Origin: a virus
Lineage: Duplodnaviria; Heunggongvirae; Uroviricota; Caudoviricetes
Reading direction: 5' to 3' (one strand)
Length of the DNA stretch: 64,000 bases
Virus record (IMG/VR): IMGVR_UViG_3300025316_000590
Location: 128,134-192,133 of that record
The stretch's first letter is position 1; every line of letters starts with the position of its first letter. Below are positions 1 through 9,088 of the stretch, piece after piece. The notes beneath the pieces were generated by a model, which did not search any database, was not told where the DNA came from, and was given only the letters and a program-made list of their open reading frames with translations. The position numbers were made by a program, and so were the translations under genes.

Positions 1-450
1 GCTACCGTCAAGGCGACCCGCGACCAACTTCAAGCCAAGCTGAACGGCATCGCCGCCGAACTTGGCCTGACCCTGAAGCTCGGCAACGCCAGTTTCATGG
101 CCAACTCGATCACCTTCAAGTTGGATGTGGTCAACACAGCAAACGGGGCGAATCCTGGACAAGACGAATTCAACCGCTGCTGCTGCCAGTTCGGTCTGGA
201 GACCGAGGACTTCGGCAAGACATTCACGAAGGGTGGCAAGACCTTCACCATTTGCGGATGCAACCCCCGCGCCCGCAAGATGCCCATCCACGCCAAGTTG
301 GCGAACGGTCAGACCTACAAGTTCGACGAGGGGGTGGTGAACCTCCTGCATCCTGGCCGTATGACCCGCACACCCTTTGGCTGGATGCGGAGCGAGACCA
401 TGTCCGCTCACCGAGCAGCCGCCAACGTCGGCGTGAACGGTGAACTGTAA
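1..450 (+). CDS. hypothetical protein, 5'-truncated at window edge (frame 1 open from nt 1; KTF-repeat/Cys motif FGKTFTKGGKTFTICGC)
   Basis: frame 1 is open from the first base and continuous with the 97..450 ORF; no recognisable family. Confidence 0.4.
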   Translation, partial: ATVKATRDQLQAKLNGIAAELGLTLKLGNASFMANSITFKLDVVNTANGANPGQDEFNRCCCQFGLETEDFGKTFTKGGKTFTICGCNPRARKMPIHAKLANGQTYKFDEGVVNLLHPGRMTRTPFGWMRSETMSAHRAAANVGVNGEL

Positions 451-465
451 ACCGAAAGGAATATC

Positions 466-780
466 ATGAGGAAGATCAGGGTTTCCTACGACTACTGTTC
501 GGGCGGTTACTACATTAGGGTCGGAAGATTCAGTCGATGGGTTCCGTATTCGGACTGGACGTCCACAGGCAACACGCCTCGTATCACTTCTAGCTTGCCC
601 AACGCGTATGAGCAGGGTGATACTCCTGCGGCCAGCCTGAAGATACTGAAGCAGATGCGGGACGAGATCGACATCTTCCTGCGGGTGGCCAGCAAGCCGG
701 TCATCCTGACCTGCAAGGAAGGGCAACCCGGAATTAGTTGCCCGAAACAGCCGCAACAAATGAAAGGCACGAAGTCATGA
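466..780 (+). CDS. hypothetical protein
   Basis: ORF preceded by GAAAGGAATATCATG RBS-like context; no family recognised. Confidence 0.3.
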   Translation: MRKIRVSYDYCSGGYYIRVGRFSRWVPYSDWTSTGNTPRITSSLPNAYEQGDTPAASLKILKQMRDEIDIFLRVASKPVILTCKEGQPGISCPKQPQQMKGTKS

Positions 781-1340
781 GCACTGAGCTATTAACCGCC
801 GCCGCCCGAACGCTCCGCAACGCCCAGGCAACATTCGACGACCGCTGGCAGGCGTGGTTCGATAACCTTCCTTCTCTCGGCCAGAACACATTCTGGAGTA
901 TGATCGAAGACCTGCGGGAGGCCATTCGGACGTACAAGATCAGGCTGGAACGCAGCAATGGCGTGGAACTGGGCTGCGAGGAATTCATGCGGAAGGCCAT
1001 GACCGGCGAGGTGAGCTACTCTTTGCTGGAGGCCATCCAGTTCGCTCGTACCTACACGGCGACCGTCGAACGTCTGCGAGCCCGCTACGGTGGTGGATGC
1101 GATAGCCGCAACGACCTGCTCGATAGTATGACCTTGTGCGGCAGGCTGTGTCTGACATTCCGCAAGGGCGATCTCCGTAGCCAAGTCGACTTGGTGTTCC
1201 AAGACGACGGGCCTATGGCTCGTCTGATCGCATTCGGTGAGAACTATATCGCCATGCGTATCTGCGACGCCGCGAAGAAATACTGGCTGGTCGATGCGAC
1301 CCGCCGCGAGCGTGAGCTAATCGAGGAGGTAGCATTATGA
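777..1340 (+). CDS. hypothetical protein (start refined to in-frame ATG overlapping upstream stop)
   Basis: ATGA overlap with upstream ORF; 188 aa; no recognisable motif. Confidence 0.4.
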   Translation: MSTELLTAAARTLRNAQATFDDRWQAWFDNLPSLGQNTFWSMIEDLREAIRTYKIRLERSNGVELGCEEFMRKAMTGEVSYSLLEAIQFARTYTATVERLRARYGGGCDSRNDLLDSMTLCGRLCLTFRKGDLRSQVDLVFQDDGPMARLIAFGENYIAMRICDAAKKYWLVDATRRERELIEEVAL

Positions 1341-1714
1341 AGACGTTCACCAAGAAGAACCCGAACCCCGCCAAGTCGGCGAAGGCCAAGAAGCCCAAGA
1401 AGCCGCGAGGCAAACCACAGGCGTGGATCTTCAGGCTGGTCAGCAGTCGCGGCAGCGACCACGTGCAGTGCGTTATCCTGCCCGCCGGCACGACGCCGAA
1501 GCTGGCCCGCGAGTTCTCCGAGACGTGGGCCTATAACATAATTCGTGGATCCGCTATCGAAAGCTGCACCGTGAGCTACAAGCGGGTGCGGCTGGCCCCC
1601 AGGGCACAACTGCTGAAGCAGTGGGACGCAGTCTGCAAGTGGTACGCCAACGCGAAGCTGGCGAAGGAAGAGCAGGCCGCCAAGCTGAACCCGCACGATT
1701 GGACGCACCGATGA
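1337..1714 (+). CDS. hypothetical basic protein (Lys/Pro-rich N-terminus)
   Basis: ATGA start-stop overlap; KKPKKPRGKP basic N-terminus suggests nucleic-acid binding. Confidence 0.4.
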   Translation: MKTFTKKNPNPAKSAKAKKPKKPRGKPQAWIFRLVSSRGSDHVQCVILPAGTTPKLAREFSETWAYNIIRGSAIESCTVSYKRVRLAPRAQLLKQWDAVCKWYANAKLAKEEQAAKLNPHDWTHR

Positions 1715-1890
1715 CCATTCGCAGTACCGCAGACTGTGCTCGCCAGATGGTTCAACGCGACGCTGACCAGGCTGCCCGCGAAGGGCGAACACCAGAATAT
1801 GATATGAAACGGAGGGCTACTAAGGCCCGCCAGCGGAGCGTGAATGCACCGCCAAACAGCGGCCCAAAACAGCCGCGAATCCTACCCTGA
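1711..1890 (+). CDS. small hypothetical protein
   Basis: in-frame ATG inside 1621..1890 ORF overlapping upstream stop (ATGA). Confidence 0.25.
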   Translation: MTIRSTADCARQMVQRDADQAAREGRTPEYDMKRRATKARQRSVNAPPNSGPKQPRILP

Positions 1891-1920
1891 AAAAATCCGA
1901 TAACGAATCCGAAACCGGCC

Positions 1921-1955
1921 TTGACGCGGATCGGCTTCGGGGTAAGATGTACGAT
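1921..1955 (+). promoter_or_regulatory. sigma70-like promoter candidate (TTGACG -N17- TAAGAT) upstream of sigma-like gene
   Basis: TTGACGcggatcggcttcggggTAAGATg located in the only sizeable AT-richer intergenic gap before 1994. Confidence 0.3.
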
Positions 1956-1993
1956 GCCTCGCTAATTCACTGTTTGTCAGAAAGGATAGCTCT

Positions 1994-2518
1994 ATGAGGG
2001 AGTACCGTCGATGGTTGGGTGAAATTGCTGGTTACGCCCAACGAAAGTGTGCTGCGTATGCCCGTCAACTGGCCGGGCAATATGATGTGGACGACCTTAT
2101 GCAAGAGGCGTTCCTGGTGTTCGACAAGGCCGTGGCTAAGTACGGCGAACTCGTCAAAAGCGAACGCCATTTCATGGGCATCTACAAGAGGTGCTTGTTC
2201 AACCGCTTCTGGTCGCTGGAACGCGATATGAAGTCGGCAGCCCGCCGCGGATGCGGTGGGTTCTGGCTCGGCGAACATGATCGAGAAGTTCTGGACAAAC
2301 ATCACGACGAGGTGTGTCTGGATGATGAGCCAGAGGTGATACGGTGGTTGAAGGCCCGCATTGGCGTGGACGGCAACCAGTGGTATCGCGGGCGGCGTTT
2401 CATAGCGATTCGCCAGAAGCGAAACGAACCGCCTTTGAATTACCTGCGACGCGTGGTCGGGGGTGACGAGAAGGTGATGGCCATAGCCCTTGCCTATATG
2501 GGCATTGAGGACGAGTAG
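1994..2518 (+). CDS. sigma-factor region-2-like protein (truncated sigma, T4 gp55-like architecture)
   Basis: DVDDLMQEAFLVFDKAVAKY...FMGIYKRCLFNRFWSLER resembles sigma70 region 2.1-2.4; 174 aa with no region 4; RBS AAAGGATAGCTCTATG. Confidence 0.45.
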   Translation: MREYRRWLGEIAGYAQRKCAAYARQLAGQYDVDDLMQEAFLVFDKAVAKYGELVKSERHFMGIYKRCLFNRFWSLERDMKSAARRGCGGFWLGEHDREVLDKHHDEVCLDDEPEVIRWLKARIGVDGNQWYRGRRFIAIRQKRNEPPLNYLRRVVGGDEKVMAIALAYMGIEDE

Positions 2519-2520
2519 CC

Positions 2521-2718
2521 GTGTATGTAGTGAAACGCAAACCGGGCGAAAGCATAGTGATCGACGACCGAATTACCGTTACGGTTTTAGAGTCGACCGA
2601 TTGCCGCGTCAAGCTCGGAGTCGAGGCTGCCGGTGACGTATCGGTTCGCCGCGTGGAACCTGAAAATTTAACCGAAGCACCCGCCGATGCGGGAGCAACC
2701 AACCAAGGAGAAGTTTGA
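2521..2718 (+). CDS. csrA: carbon storage regulator CsrA/RsmA homolog (GTG start)
   Basis: VKRKPGESIVIDDRITVTVLE...VKLGVEAAGDVSVRRVE aligns with CsrA consensus MLILTRKVGESI.IGDDI.VTVLEV.G..VRIGI.AP..V.V.R.E. Confidence 0.75.
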   Translation: MYVVKRKPGESIVIDDRITVTVLESTDCRVKLGVEAAGDVSVRRVEPENLTEAPADAGATNQGEV

Positions 2719-2720
2719 TC

Positions 2721-3368
2721 ATGTCGATTGAAAGTGAACTGCTGAAGGCCACAGGCCAAAAGGTGCGAGGGTCAAAGGAAGCGGAGCAGACGTACTTGAC
2801 CCGCATTGCTCTGGAGTCCAACAACCTGGGCGACGACGACTGGAAGAAGCTGTCGGTCGAGGCTCAGGAGTGGATGAACGTCGCGTCCGAATCCTACGAC
2901 AGCAAGCGTCCGATTCCGGGATTCGGCGGCAAGGCCGCACCCGCCGACGCCGCACCCGCCGACGCCGATCCTGCCGAGGCCGAAGCCGAGGGCGATGAGG
3001 TCGAAGGTGACGAGACCGACGCCGCCGAGGAGGCCGCAGCCGAAGAAGCTCCCGCGCCCGCCAAGGCCAAGCCCGCCAAGGCTGATAAGTCAGCCGTCAC
3101 CAAGGCCGAGAAACCGGCCAAGGCCGAGAAGCCGAAGAAGGCCGAGAAGGCTCCCGCCGCGGACGGCGAGAAGCGTGGCGGATCCCGTCGCATGCGTGAG
3201 CTGATCTGCGAAGACCCGACCTTGGAGCAGCCCGCCCTGAAGGCGAAGCTCGACGAGGAAGGTTACAAGATCAGCGATATCACCTTCAACGCGACGTACT
3301 ACGACGTCAAGTCGACCATCCGCCTGCTCTCCGACCTGGGCAAGCTCAAGGCCAAGGTCAGCGTCTGA
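2721..3368 (+). CDS. hypothetical protein with Ala/Lys/Pro/Glu-rich low-complexity core (histone-H1-like/IDP)
   Basis: RBS AAGGAGAAGTTTGATCATG; PAKAKPAKADK...AEKPKKAEKAP repeats flanked by structured N/C regions. Confidence 0.45.
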   Translation: MSIESELLKATGQKVRGSKEAEQTYLTRIALESNNLGDDDWKKLSVEAQEWMNVASESYDSKRPIPGFGGKAAPADAAPADADPAEAEAEGDEVEGDETDAAEEAAAEEAPAPAKAKPAKADKSAVTKAEKPAKAEKPKKAEKAPAADGEKRGGSRRMRELICEDPTLEQPALKAKLDEEGYKISDITFNATYYDVKSTIRLLSDLGKLKAKVSV

Positions 3369-3457
3369 CGAAACGTGTTTCTGGCCGGGAGGTGTCGCAG
3401 CCGAATATGCGGTGCCTCTCGGCCCGTTCGCGTTCCGCTAATCGCAAGGAGACAATC

Positions 3458-4738
3458 ATGTCGAAGCGTATGTTTGATGCTACCCGTGCTGAAGTGTGGG
3501 TGGCGATAGACGTTCCCGACTCCGATGCGATGATCGAAGCCCTGCACGAATTGGACAGGGCCAATCGACCGTTCGGTGTCAAAGTCGGCCTGGAGGTGGT
3601 GACCGCACTGGGGCTGCCGCACGTGGTCAGCATCGTCCGCAACAGGCCGATGTTCATCGACCTGAAGTTCAAGGACATCCCCAATACCGTGGGAGGAGCA
3701 TCTCGTGCCCTTCGGCGGTTTCATCCCACGATCTTCAACGTGCATGCCAGCGGTGGCGTTCGTATGATGAAGGCCGCCGTTGAGAATCGCGGTGAATCGG
3801 CGGTCTTCGCCGTCACTGTGCTGACCAGCCTGTCCGAACAAGAGGCTGGCATCAGCTACGGCGTGATATCTACGGGCTACGCAGTCGAAACGTTCGCCAA
3901 GCTGGCTGCCGAGGCCGGTGTGCAGGGGCTGATCTGTTCGGCAGCCGATCTGGCTGTGCAGGTAAGCCCCGACCTGCTGAAGCTGACGCCCGGCATTCGC
4001 CCGGATTGGGCTTCGGACAAGGGCGACCAGAAACGCGTCACGACGCCCGCCGAGGCCGCTGTGGCGGGTGCTGACGGCATCGTGGTAGGCAGGCCGATAC
4101 TTTCCCCGCCCAACGGCATCTTGCGGTGGCGAGCCCTACAGCGGGTTCACGACGAGTTCTGGTTGCTATCTGCACTGAAGGAACTGGGTGGGCTGCTGAA
4201 CGGGCACTACGTCTACAAGTCTGGTCGGCACGGGCCGCAGTACTTTAACAAGGACGTGTTGCTCAACGATGCCGATGCTGTACGTCAGGTGGGCCAGATG
4301 ATCGTCGACAGTCTTCCTGACGGCTACCGCTTCGATGTGGTGGTCGGCCCGGAGACGGGCGGTGCAAAGCTCGCTCGCGCGATTGGCGATATCATGGGTC
4401 AGCCGTGGGTTGGTGCGGAGAAGACGACCGATGGATTCTGGTTCCAGTCATGGAGCGATAAGTGGAAGGAGGTTCTCATCGTCGAGGATGTCCTGACCAC
4501 GGGCGGCAGTCTGGACAAGGTAGTCGCCGAGGTGAATCGTCTGGTTCGTGGCAGTAGCGACGCAGGTGGGCTGGTACAGGTCAAGCGAGCCGTATTGAAC
4601 CGCGGTGGCGTGGAGATGGTGAGCCTGGAGACCATAGCATCCCTCGATGCTGTAAGTTATTCCGCCGAGGAGTGTCCGTTATGTAAGGCCGGCGCGCCTA
4701 TCAGCACCGACGCCGGTCACGCAAAACCAAAGGTGTAG
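3458..4738 (+). CDS. bifunctional orotidine-5'-phosphate decarboxylase / orotate phosphoribosyltransferase fusion (ODC N-terminal, OPRT C-terminal)
   Basis: N-half has ODC signature IDLKFKDIPNTV; C-half has type-I PRT PRPP loop VLIVEDVLTTGGSL and YVYKSGRHGPQYF; RBS AAGGAGACAATCATG. Confidence 0.75.
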   Translation: MSKRMFDATRAEVWVAIDVPDSDAMIEALHELDRANRPFGVKVGLEVVTALGLPHVVSIVRNRPMFIDLKFKDIPNTVGGASRALRRFHPTIFNVHASGGVRMMKAAVENRGESAVFAVTVLTSLSEQEAGISYGVISTGYAVETFAKLAAEAGVQGLICSAADLAVQVSPDLLKLTPGIRPDWASDKGDQKRVTTPAEAAVAGADGIVVGRPILSPPNGILRWRALQRVHDEFWLLSALKELGGLLNGHYVYKSGRHGPQYFNKDVLLNDADAVRQVGQMIVDSLPDGYRFDVVVGPETGGAKLARAIGDIMGQPWVGAEKTTDGFWFQSWSDKWKEVLIVEDVLTTGGSLDKVVAEVNRLVRGSSDAGGLVQVKRAVLNRGGVEMVSLETIASLDAVSYSAEECPLCKAGAPISTDAGHAKPKV

Positions 4739-4853
4739 CTTCTCCGGACGGGCTGTGGGCAAACAGCAAGTCGCCGGTCAAAAGCTGGAGGTGCGGGGTG
4801 AAAGTCCCTGCTGGCCCGTTCTTTAGAATCAATAACAATCAAGGAGATAGATC

Positions 4854-5927
4854 ATGCGGTTAGTGGATGCAGTGGCTCGATTGAAGATGGTCGGCCTGGG
4901 GTTGAGCGGAGACGCCAACGATGACACGGGGCAGTTCGTGTTCCGAGATGGGCGGGTATCAACCCACAACGGCGTGTTCGGCCTATGGGCCAACATGGAC
5001 ATCGGCATCGAGACGGCCCTGCCGGGCGACAAGCTGACGTCCCTCCTGTCGAAGTGCAACGGCACCGATGTGGAGTTCACGAACGTCGGCGATTCCGTTC
5101 GCATCACCTGCGGACGCACCAACGTCACGATGCGGAAGCTGGAGATCACTTCCAAGGAGATGCCCGAACTCGCGGGCGTGACCGTCGACTGGCGACGGGC
5201 GTGGACCGAGGCACTGGAGCGAGCTTCGTGGTCGATGAGCGATGACCCACAGCGACCTGACCTCGCGGGCATCACCATGAGCGCGGTCGAGAACGCGATG
5301 GTCTTCTACAGCACAATTGGCATGGGTATCACCCGCAGCATTGTGCCGGGAGCCAGCGACGACGTTCTGGTCGGCAGTGCCCTGATCATACCGTCCCGGT
5401 TCATGTGGGCGGTGCAGCGGGTGGTCGGCAGCCAACCATGCTCGGCGATTCAGTTTGCCGACGAGTATCTGCACGCCGTGTTCGGCGAAGGTGATAGTGC
5501 AGCACACCTGTACGGCAGCTTCCCGTCCGAGGCCAAGCCCGAACGATACGACGAGATCATCGCCGCCATTATCGATGGTCTGGAGTGGGTGGCCGTGCCC
5601 GCAGGGCTCGCACCGACTCTGGATCGCGTGGAGGCAGCCGGTGGCCGCGATACGATCACGGAGATCACCGTAGCCAACGGCAAGATGCGTCTGCATACCG
5701 ACGAGGACTTTGGCACCGTCGACGACGAATTGGACTTCCCTGGTGAGGGCGGACCCATTAAGGTGAAAGCCGCTGTGTTGCGGAAGGCGGCGTCGGTGTC
5801 CAACGAGATAGCCATCAGCGCGAACTGCGTCGGCCTACGCAGCGGTGATGGTTTCATGTACGTTCAGGCCACCGTGACGGATGCCACGGCAACCCCAGCA
5901 CCACAAGAGGAAGAAACGCAATCATGA
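4854..5927 (+). CDS. hypothetical protein; candidate sliding clamp (size and position upstream of polymerase, clamp loader present)
   Basis: 357 aa, strong RBS AAGGAGATAGATCATG; no diagnostic motif, assignment by size/context only. Confidence 0.3.
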   Translation: MRLVDAVARLKMVGLGLSGDANDDTGQFVFRDGRVSTHNGVFGLWANMDIGIETALPGDKLTSLLSKCNGTDVEFTNVGDSVRITCGRTNVTMRKLEITSKEMPELAGVTVDWRRAWTEALERASWSMSDDPQRPDLAGITMSAVENAMVFYSTIGMGITRSIVPGASDDVLVGSALIIPSRFMWAVQRVVGSQPCSAIQFADEYLHAVFGEGDSAAHLYGSFPSEAKPERYDEIIAAIIDGLEWVAVPAGLAPTLDRVEAAGGRDTITEITVANGKMRLHTDEDFGTVDDELDFPGEGGPIKVKAAVLRKAASVSNEIAISANCVGLRSGDGFMYVQATVTDATATPAPQEEETQS

Positions 5928-6367
5928 TTCCCATTTTGGGCGAAGAGCGAACAGTGTATTCCGCCGACGAAGTGAAGGAGATGCTCAACCAGAGCCTTCA
6001 GCAGCAGGCGGAGCGGATCATGAACGACCAGTTCGTGAGCCTGTACTTTGCCTGCATTCAGTTAGGTTTCAGCGAACGCATCAAGGCCCACAGGTCTTGG
6101 TCGAACGACGTCGCGACCGGCCTGGCTGAGCAGGCCCACCAGACCGTGACGGCAGCGTTTGAACGCCTGGGCAAGAGCCAGCGTGAGAAACAGGCTATGC
6201 TGGAGAAGGCGATGGCCGAGGCCGACCGCCGCAAGCGAGCCAAAGACCCAACGTCCGTTGAGGCTACCGGCCAGACCGGACCGCAGGAAGCCGCGTGTGC
6301 GGCGGGCTGCGATTGCTCGCAAGAACAGCCGCCCGCCGCAGAGAAGCCCGCCGGCGAGGCAACGTGA
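5924..6367 (+). CDS. hypothetical protein
   Basis: ATGA overlap with upstream gene; Cys-pair and acidic C-terminus. Confidence 0.35.
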   Translation: MIPILGEERTVYSADEVKEMLNQSLQQQAERIMNDQFVSLYFACIQLGFSERIKAHRSWSNDVATGLAEQAHQTVTAAFERLGKSQREKQAMLEKAMAEADRRKRAKDPTSVEATGQTGPQEAACAAGCDCSQEQPPAAEKPAGEAT

Positions 6368-6397
6368 CGCGTTCAGTGGCAAGCCTGCGGGCTTGCC

Positions 6398-6405
6398 GTG
6401 TCTGG
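6398..6405 (+). promoter_or_regulatory. GTGTCTGG motif instance upstream of polA
   Basis: 26 nt before ATG 6431. Confidence 0.35.
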
Positions 6406-6430
6406 TGGAGACTACAGGAGGAAAGTAACA

Positions 6431-9070
6431 ATGGGCGACGGTAAGTTTTTCACCAGAATAGACCTGAAGGCCCCGACAACGGGGAGGGTCAAGCCGCGGA
6501 CGACTGGCCGCGACGAGGCGTACTATAACGAGAGGGGCTGCGACGCATGCCCGCTGGTCGATACCTGCGGTGGAATCGAGGATTCCCAGGTGAAGCCATC
6601 GGGAACGTCGCGGCCCCTCATCTACGTTCTGGGCGAAGCCCCAGGCAAAGATGAGGCTGAAGCGGGTGAACCGTTTGTTGGCAAGGCGGGCCAAGAGCTA
6701 CGCCGCCATCTGCCCGATATCAGTATCTGTAGATTCAACAACCCGGTGCGAGCACGGCCCGAGAACAACCGTGTGCCGACGATGTCCGAGGTGGAGTCAT
6801 GCCGACAGCACCTCGTGGCTGATATCGAACGCACCAAGCCTGCGGCAATCCTTGCCTGCGGAGCAACTGCCCTGAGTTGGTTCATCGGCGGTGAGCCACG
6901 AATCACAACGTGGCGTGGGCGTCGCCTGCCCGTGCAGGTAGGGAGTCATCGGTGCTGGATGTATCCGGTGATGCATCCGTCCTTTATCATACGGCAGGGC
7001 GGTGACAAGGGTGGACCCGACCGCGAGGCTCGCCAGCATGCCGTCATGTTCAAGCACGATATCAAGCGGTGTTTCGCCGAGACCAAGAAGGGTATCGACC
7101 TGGGTGACCTGCCCTGGAACATCGATGCTCTGGAGGATGGCGTGGAACTGGCGACGCCCAAGCTCGGCGTCAAGTGGGTGGTGAAGATGCTAGAGGACGC
7201 CGCGAAGGCGAAGATCTGCGGCCTCGACCTGGAAACCAACCGCGTGCGTCCCTACGCCAGCGGATCCCGAATTCTGAGCATGGCCATCAGCACGCCCAAG
7301 ACGGCGTTTGCATTCCCGATAGGCCACAGTGATGCGTGGTGGTCGGCAGAGGACGAGATCGTACTGACGAGTGCCATCCGAGGATTCCTGCTAACCAAGA
7401 TGATGAAGGTTGTCCACAACGCCAGCTTCGATATGGAGTGGCTGCTGCGGTTCTACGGCGTGCAAATCCTGAAGGATGATCTGTGGAATACGTGGGGTTG
7501 CACGCAGAACCAAGCGTACACCCTCGACGAACGCAAAGAGGACAGGATGCAAAGCCTCGATAGCCTGTGCCTGGAACGCTTGGGCACGCGGCTGAAGAAG
7601 TACAGCGACGTCGATGCCAAGCGTGGTGAGGTGGCCGAGATCGGGAAGCTCCTGCGGTACAACGCCCTTGATGCTAAGTGCCATAGGCTTCTGTACGAAG
7701 AGCAGAACCGGGCACTGAAAGCGACGGGTATGCTGAACACGTATCTCGATCATGTTCGTCGCGTACCGTTCCTCGTCTTGATGCAGCACAAGGGCGTTCC
7801 CGTCAGCCAGCCGGTGGTCGAGGAACTGCTGACAGACACTAACACCAAGATCAGGTTGGTAACGCAATCCGCCCTTGATACGCCCGAGGCTCATCAGTAT
7901 CGCAATACATGGGGCACGCCGTTCATCATCAACGGTAAGGGCAGCCGCGAATGCCTGGAGAAGGTGTTCGGGCACATCGAAGCCCTGTACCGCAAGGACG
8001 CCAACGGCGAGGAAGTTTTCACGACCGATAGCAGCGTATTCAGCACTATTGATTCGCCACTGGCCCACAGTATCAGCGAGTTCCGCGAGTGGACGAAGAT
8101 ACGCGATACTTATCTTCTGCCCATGCGTGCCGGTGCGGGTAGCTTGGTTTACGAGGACGGCAATCTGCATGCCAACTTCAATGGGACGTTCACCGATACC
8201 GGGCGGCTGTCGTCTGACGGCCCGAATATGCAGAACTTTCCCAAGCGTGAACACGCCGAGGTGCGGAAGATGGTATCGGCCCCTGAAGGCTGGCTCATTG
8301 TATCCGCCGATATGAAGCAACTGGAAGTCTGCGTGGCGGCCCAAATGTCGGGCGACAAGCGGTTGCTGAAGGCTGTCCGCGAACGGGCCGACATTCACAT
8401 GAAGTACGCGATCATGCTCAGCGAGGGCGTGCCGTTGTATTTGGAACTGGTCGGTCACGGTGATATCAAGAAGGCACGCTCGGCGATCAAGAGCCTGATC
8501 ACCTTCCCGTTTCTGTACGGTGCCATCCATACGACTGCCTCCCGCAACGTTCTGGCCAGCATGTCACAGTTCGACCGCGACAGGGCCGAAAGCGTCCGCA
8601 AGAAGGTGGAGAGAACCTGCGAGGACATCGAAAAGGAATTCTGGATTGAGTATCGTGATGTCAAGGCATGGCAGAACAAGCTGATGTCGGACTACGAGAA
8701 GAACGGCTATGTCACCTGCATGAACGGGCGTCGCCGCCGCGGGCCGCTGTCGATCAACCAGATCGCTAATACGCCTATTCAGGGCAGTGCCAGCGACCTT
8801 GTGGTGGACGCCGGCAATCGGCTGGCTCAGAAGGGCCTGCGGGACAATAACATGGCCCTGGTGATGAATATGAATATTCACGACGACCTGACGACCTTCG
8901 CCAAGAAGGAGGCCGCCGACGACGTGATGGCCGAAATGGTTGAAACCATGTTGCACCCCGGTTACGAGAACTGGGACATCAAGGCATGCCCGCTGGGCGT
9001 GGAGGTTTCTATCGGTTCCAACTGGTCGAATCAGAAGGCTATCGGGACGTGGTATAGCGACGAAGCCTGA
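6431..9070 (+). CDS. polA: DNA polymerase I (family A) with N-terminal UDG family-4-like domain and 3'-5' exonuclease domain
   Basis: UDG-4 motifs GEAPGKDEAEAGEPFVGKAGQEL and HPSFI plus Cys cluster; Exo I CGLDLETN; Pol motif A DMKQLEV, motif B K..FPFLYG, motif C NIHDDL; RBS AGGAGG 9 nt before ATG 6431 (alternative GTG 6398 would add N-terminal DYRRKVT). Confidence 0.9.
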   Translation: MGDGKFFTRIDLKAPTTGRVKPRTTGRDEAYYNERGCDACPLVDTCGGIEDSQVKPSGTSRPLIYVLGEAPGKDEAEAGEPFVGKAGQELRRHLPDISICRFNNPVRARPENNRVPTMSEVESCRQHLVADIERTKPAAILACGATALSWFIGGEPRITTWRGRRLPVQVGSHRCWMYPVMHPSFIIRQGGDKGGPDREARQHAVMFKHDIKRCFAETKKGIDLGDLPWNIDALEDGVELATPKLGVKWVVKMLEDAAKAKICGLDLETNRVRPYASGSRILSMAISTPKTAFAFPIGHSDAWWSAEDEIVLTSAIRGFLLTKMMKVVHNASFDMEWLLRFYGVQILKDDLWNTWGCTQNQAYTLDERKEDRMQSLDSLCLERLGTRLKKYSDVDAKRGEVAEIGKLLRYNALDAKCHRLLYEEQNRALKATGMLNTYLDHVRRVPFLVLMQHKGVPVSQPVVEELLTDTNTKIRLVTQSALDTPEAHQYRNTWGTPFIINGKGSRECLEKVFGHIEALYRKDANGEEVFTTDSSVFSTIDSPLAHSISEFREWTKIRDTYLLPMRAGAGSLVYEDGNLHANFNGTFTDTGRLSSDGPNMQNFPKREHAEVRKMVSAPEGWLIVSADMKQLEVCVAAQMSGDKRLLKAVRERADIHMKYAIMLSEGVPLYLELVGHGDIKKARSAIKSLITFPFLYGAIHTTASRNVLASMSQFDRDRAESVRKKVERTCEDIEKEFWIEYRDVKAWQNKLMSDYEKNGYVTCMNGRRRRGPLSINQIANTPIQGSASDLVVDAGNRLAQKGLRDNNMALVMNMNIHDDLTTFAKKEAADDVMAEMVETMLHPGYENWDIKACPLGVEVSIGSNWSNQKAIGTWYSDEA

Positions 9071-9088
9071 ACATGATATTCCGTAGCC

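Noticed and set aside
7391-8530. 379-aa minus-strand ORF
   Set aside because: It lies entirely inside the well-supported polymerase gene on the opposite strand. High GC makes long antisense ORFs common. It has no RBS and no recognisable domain.
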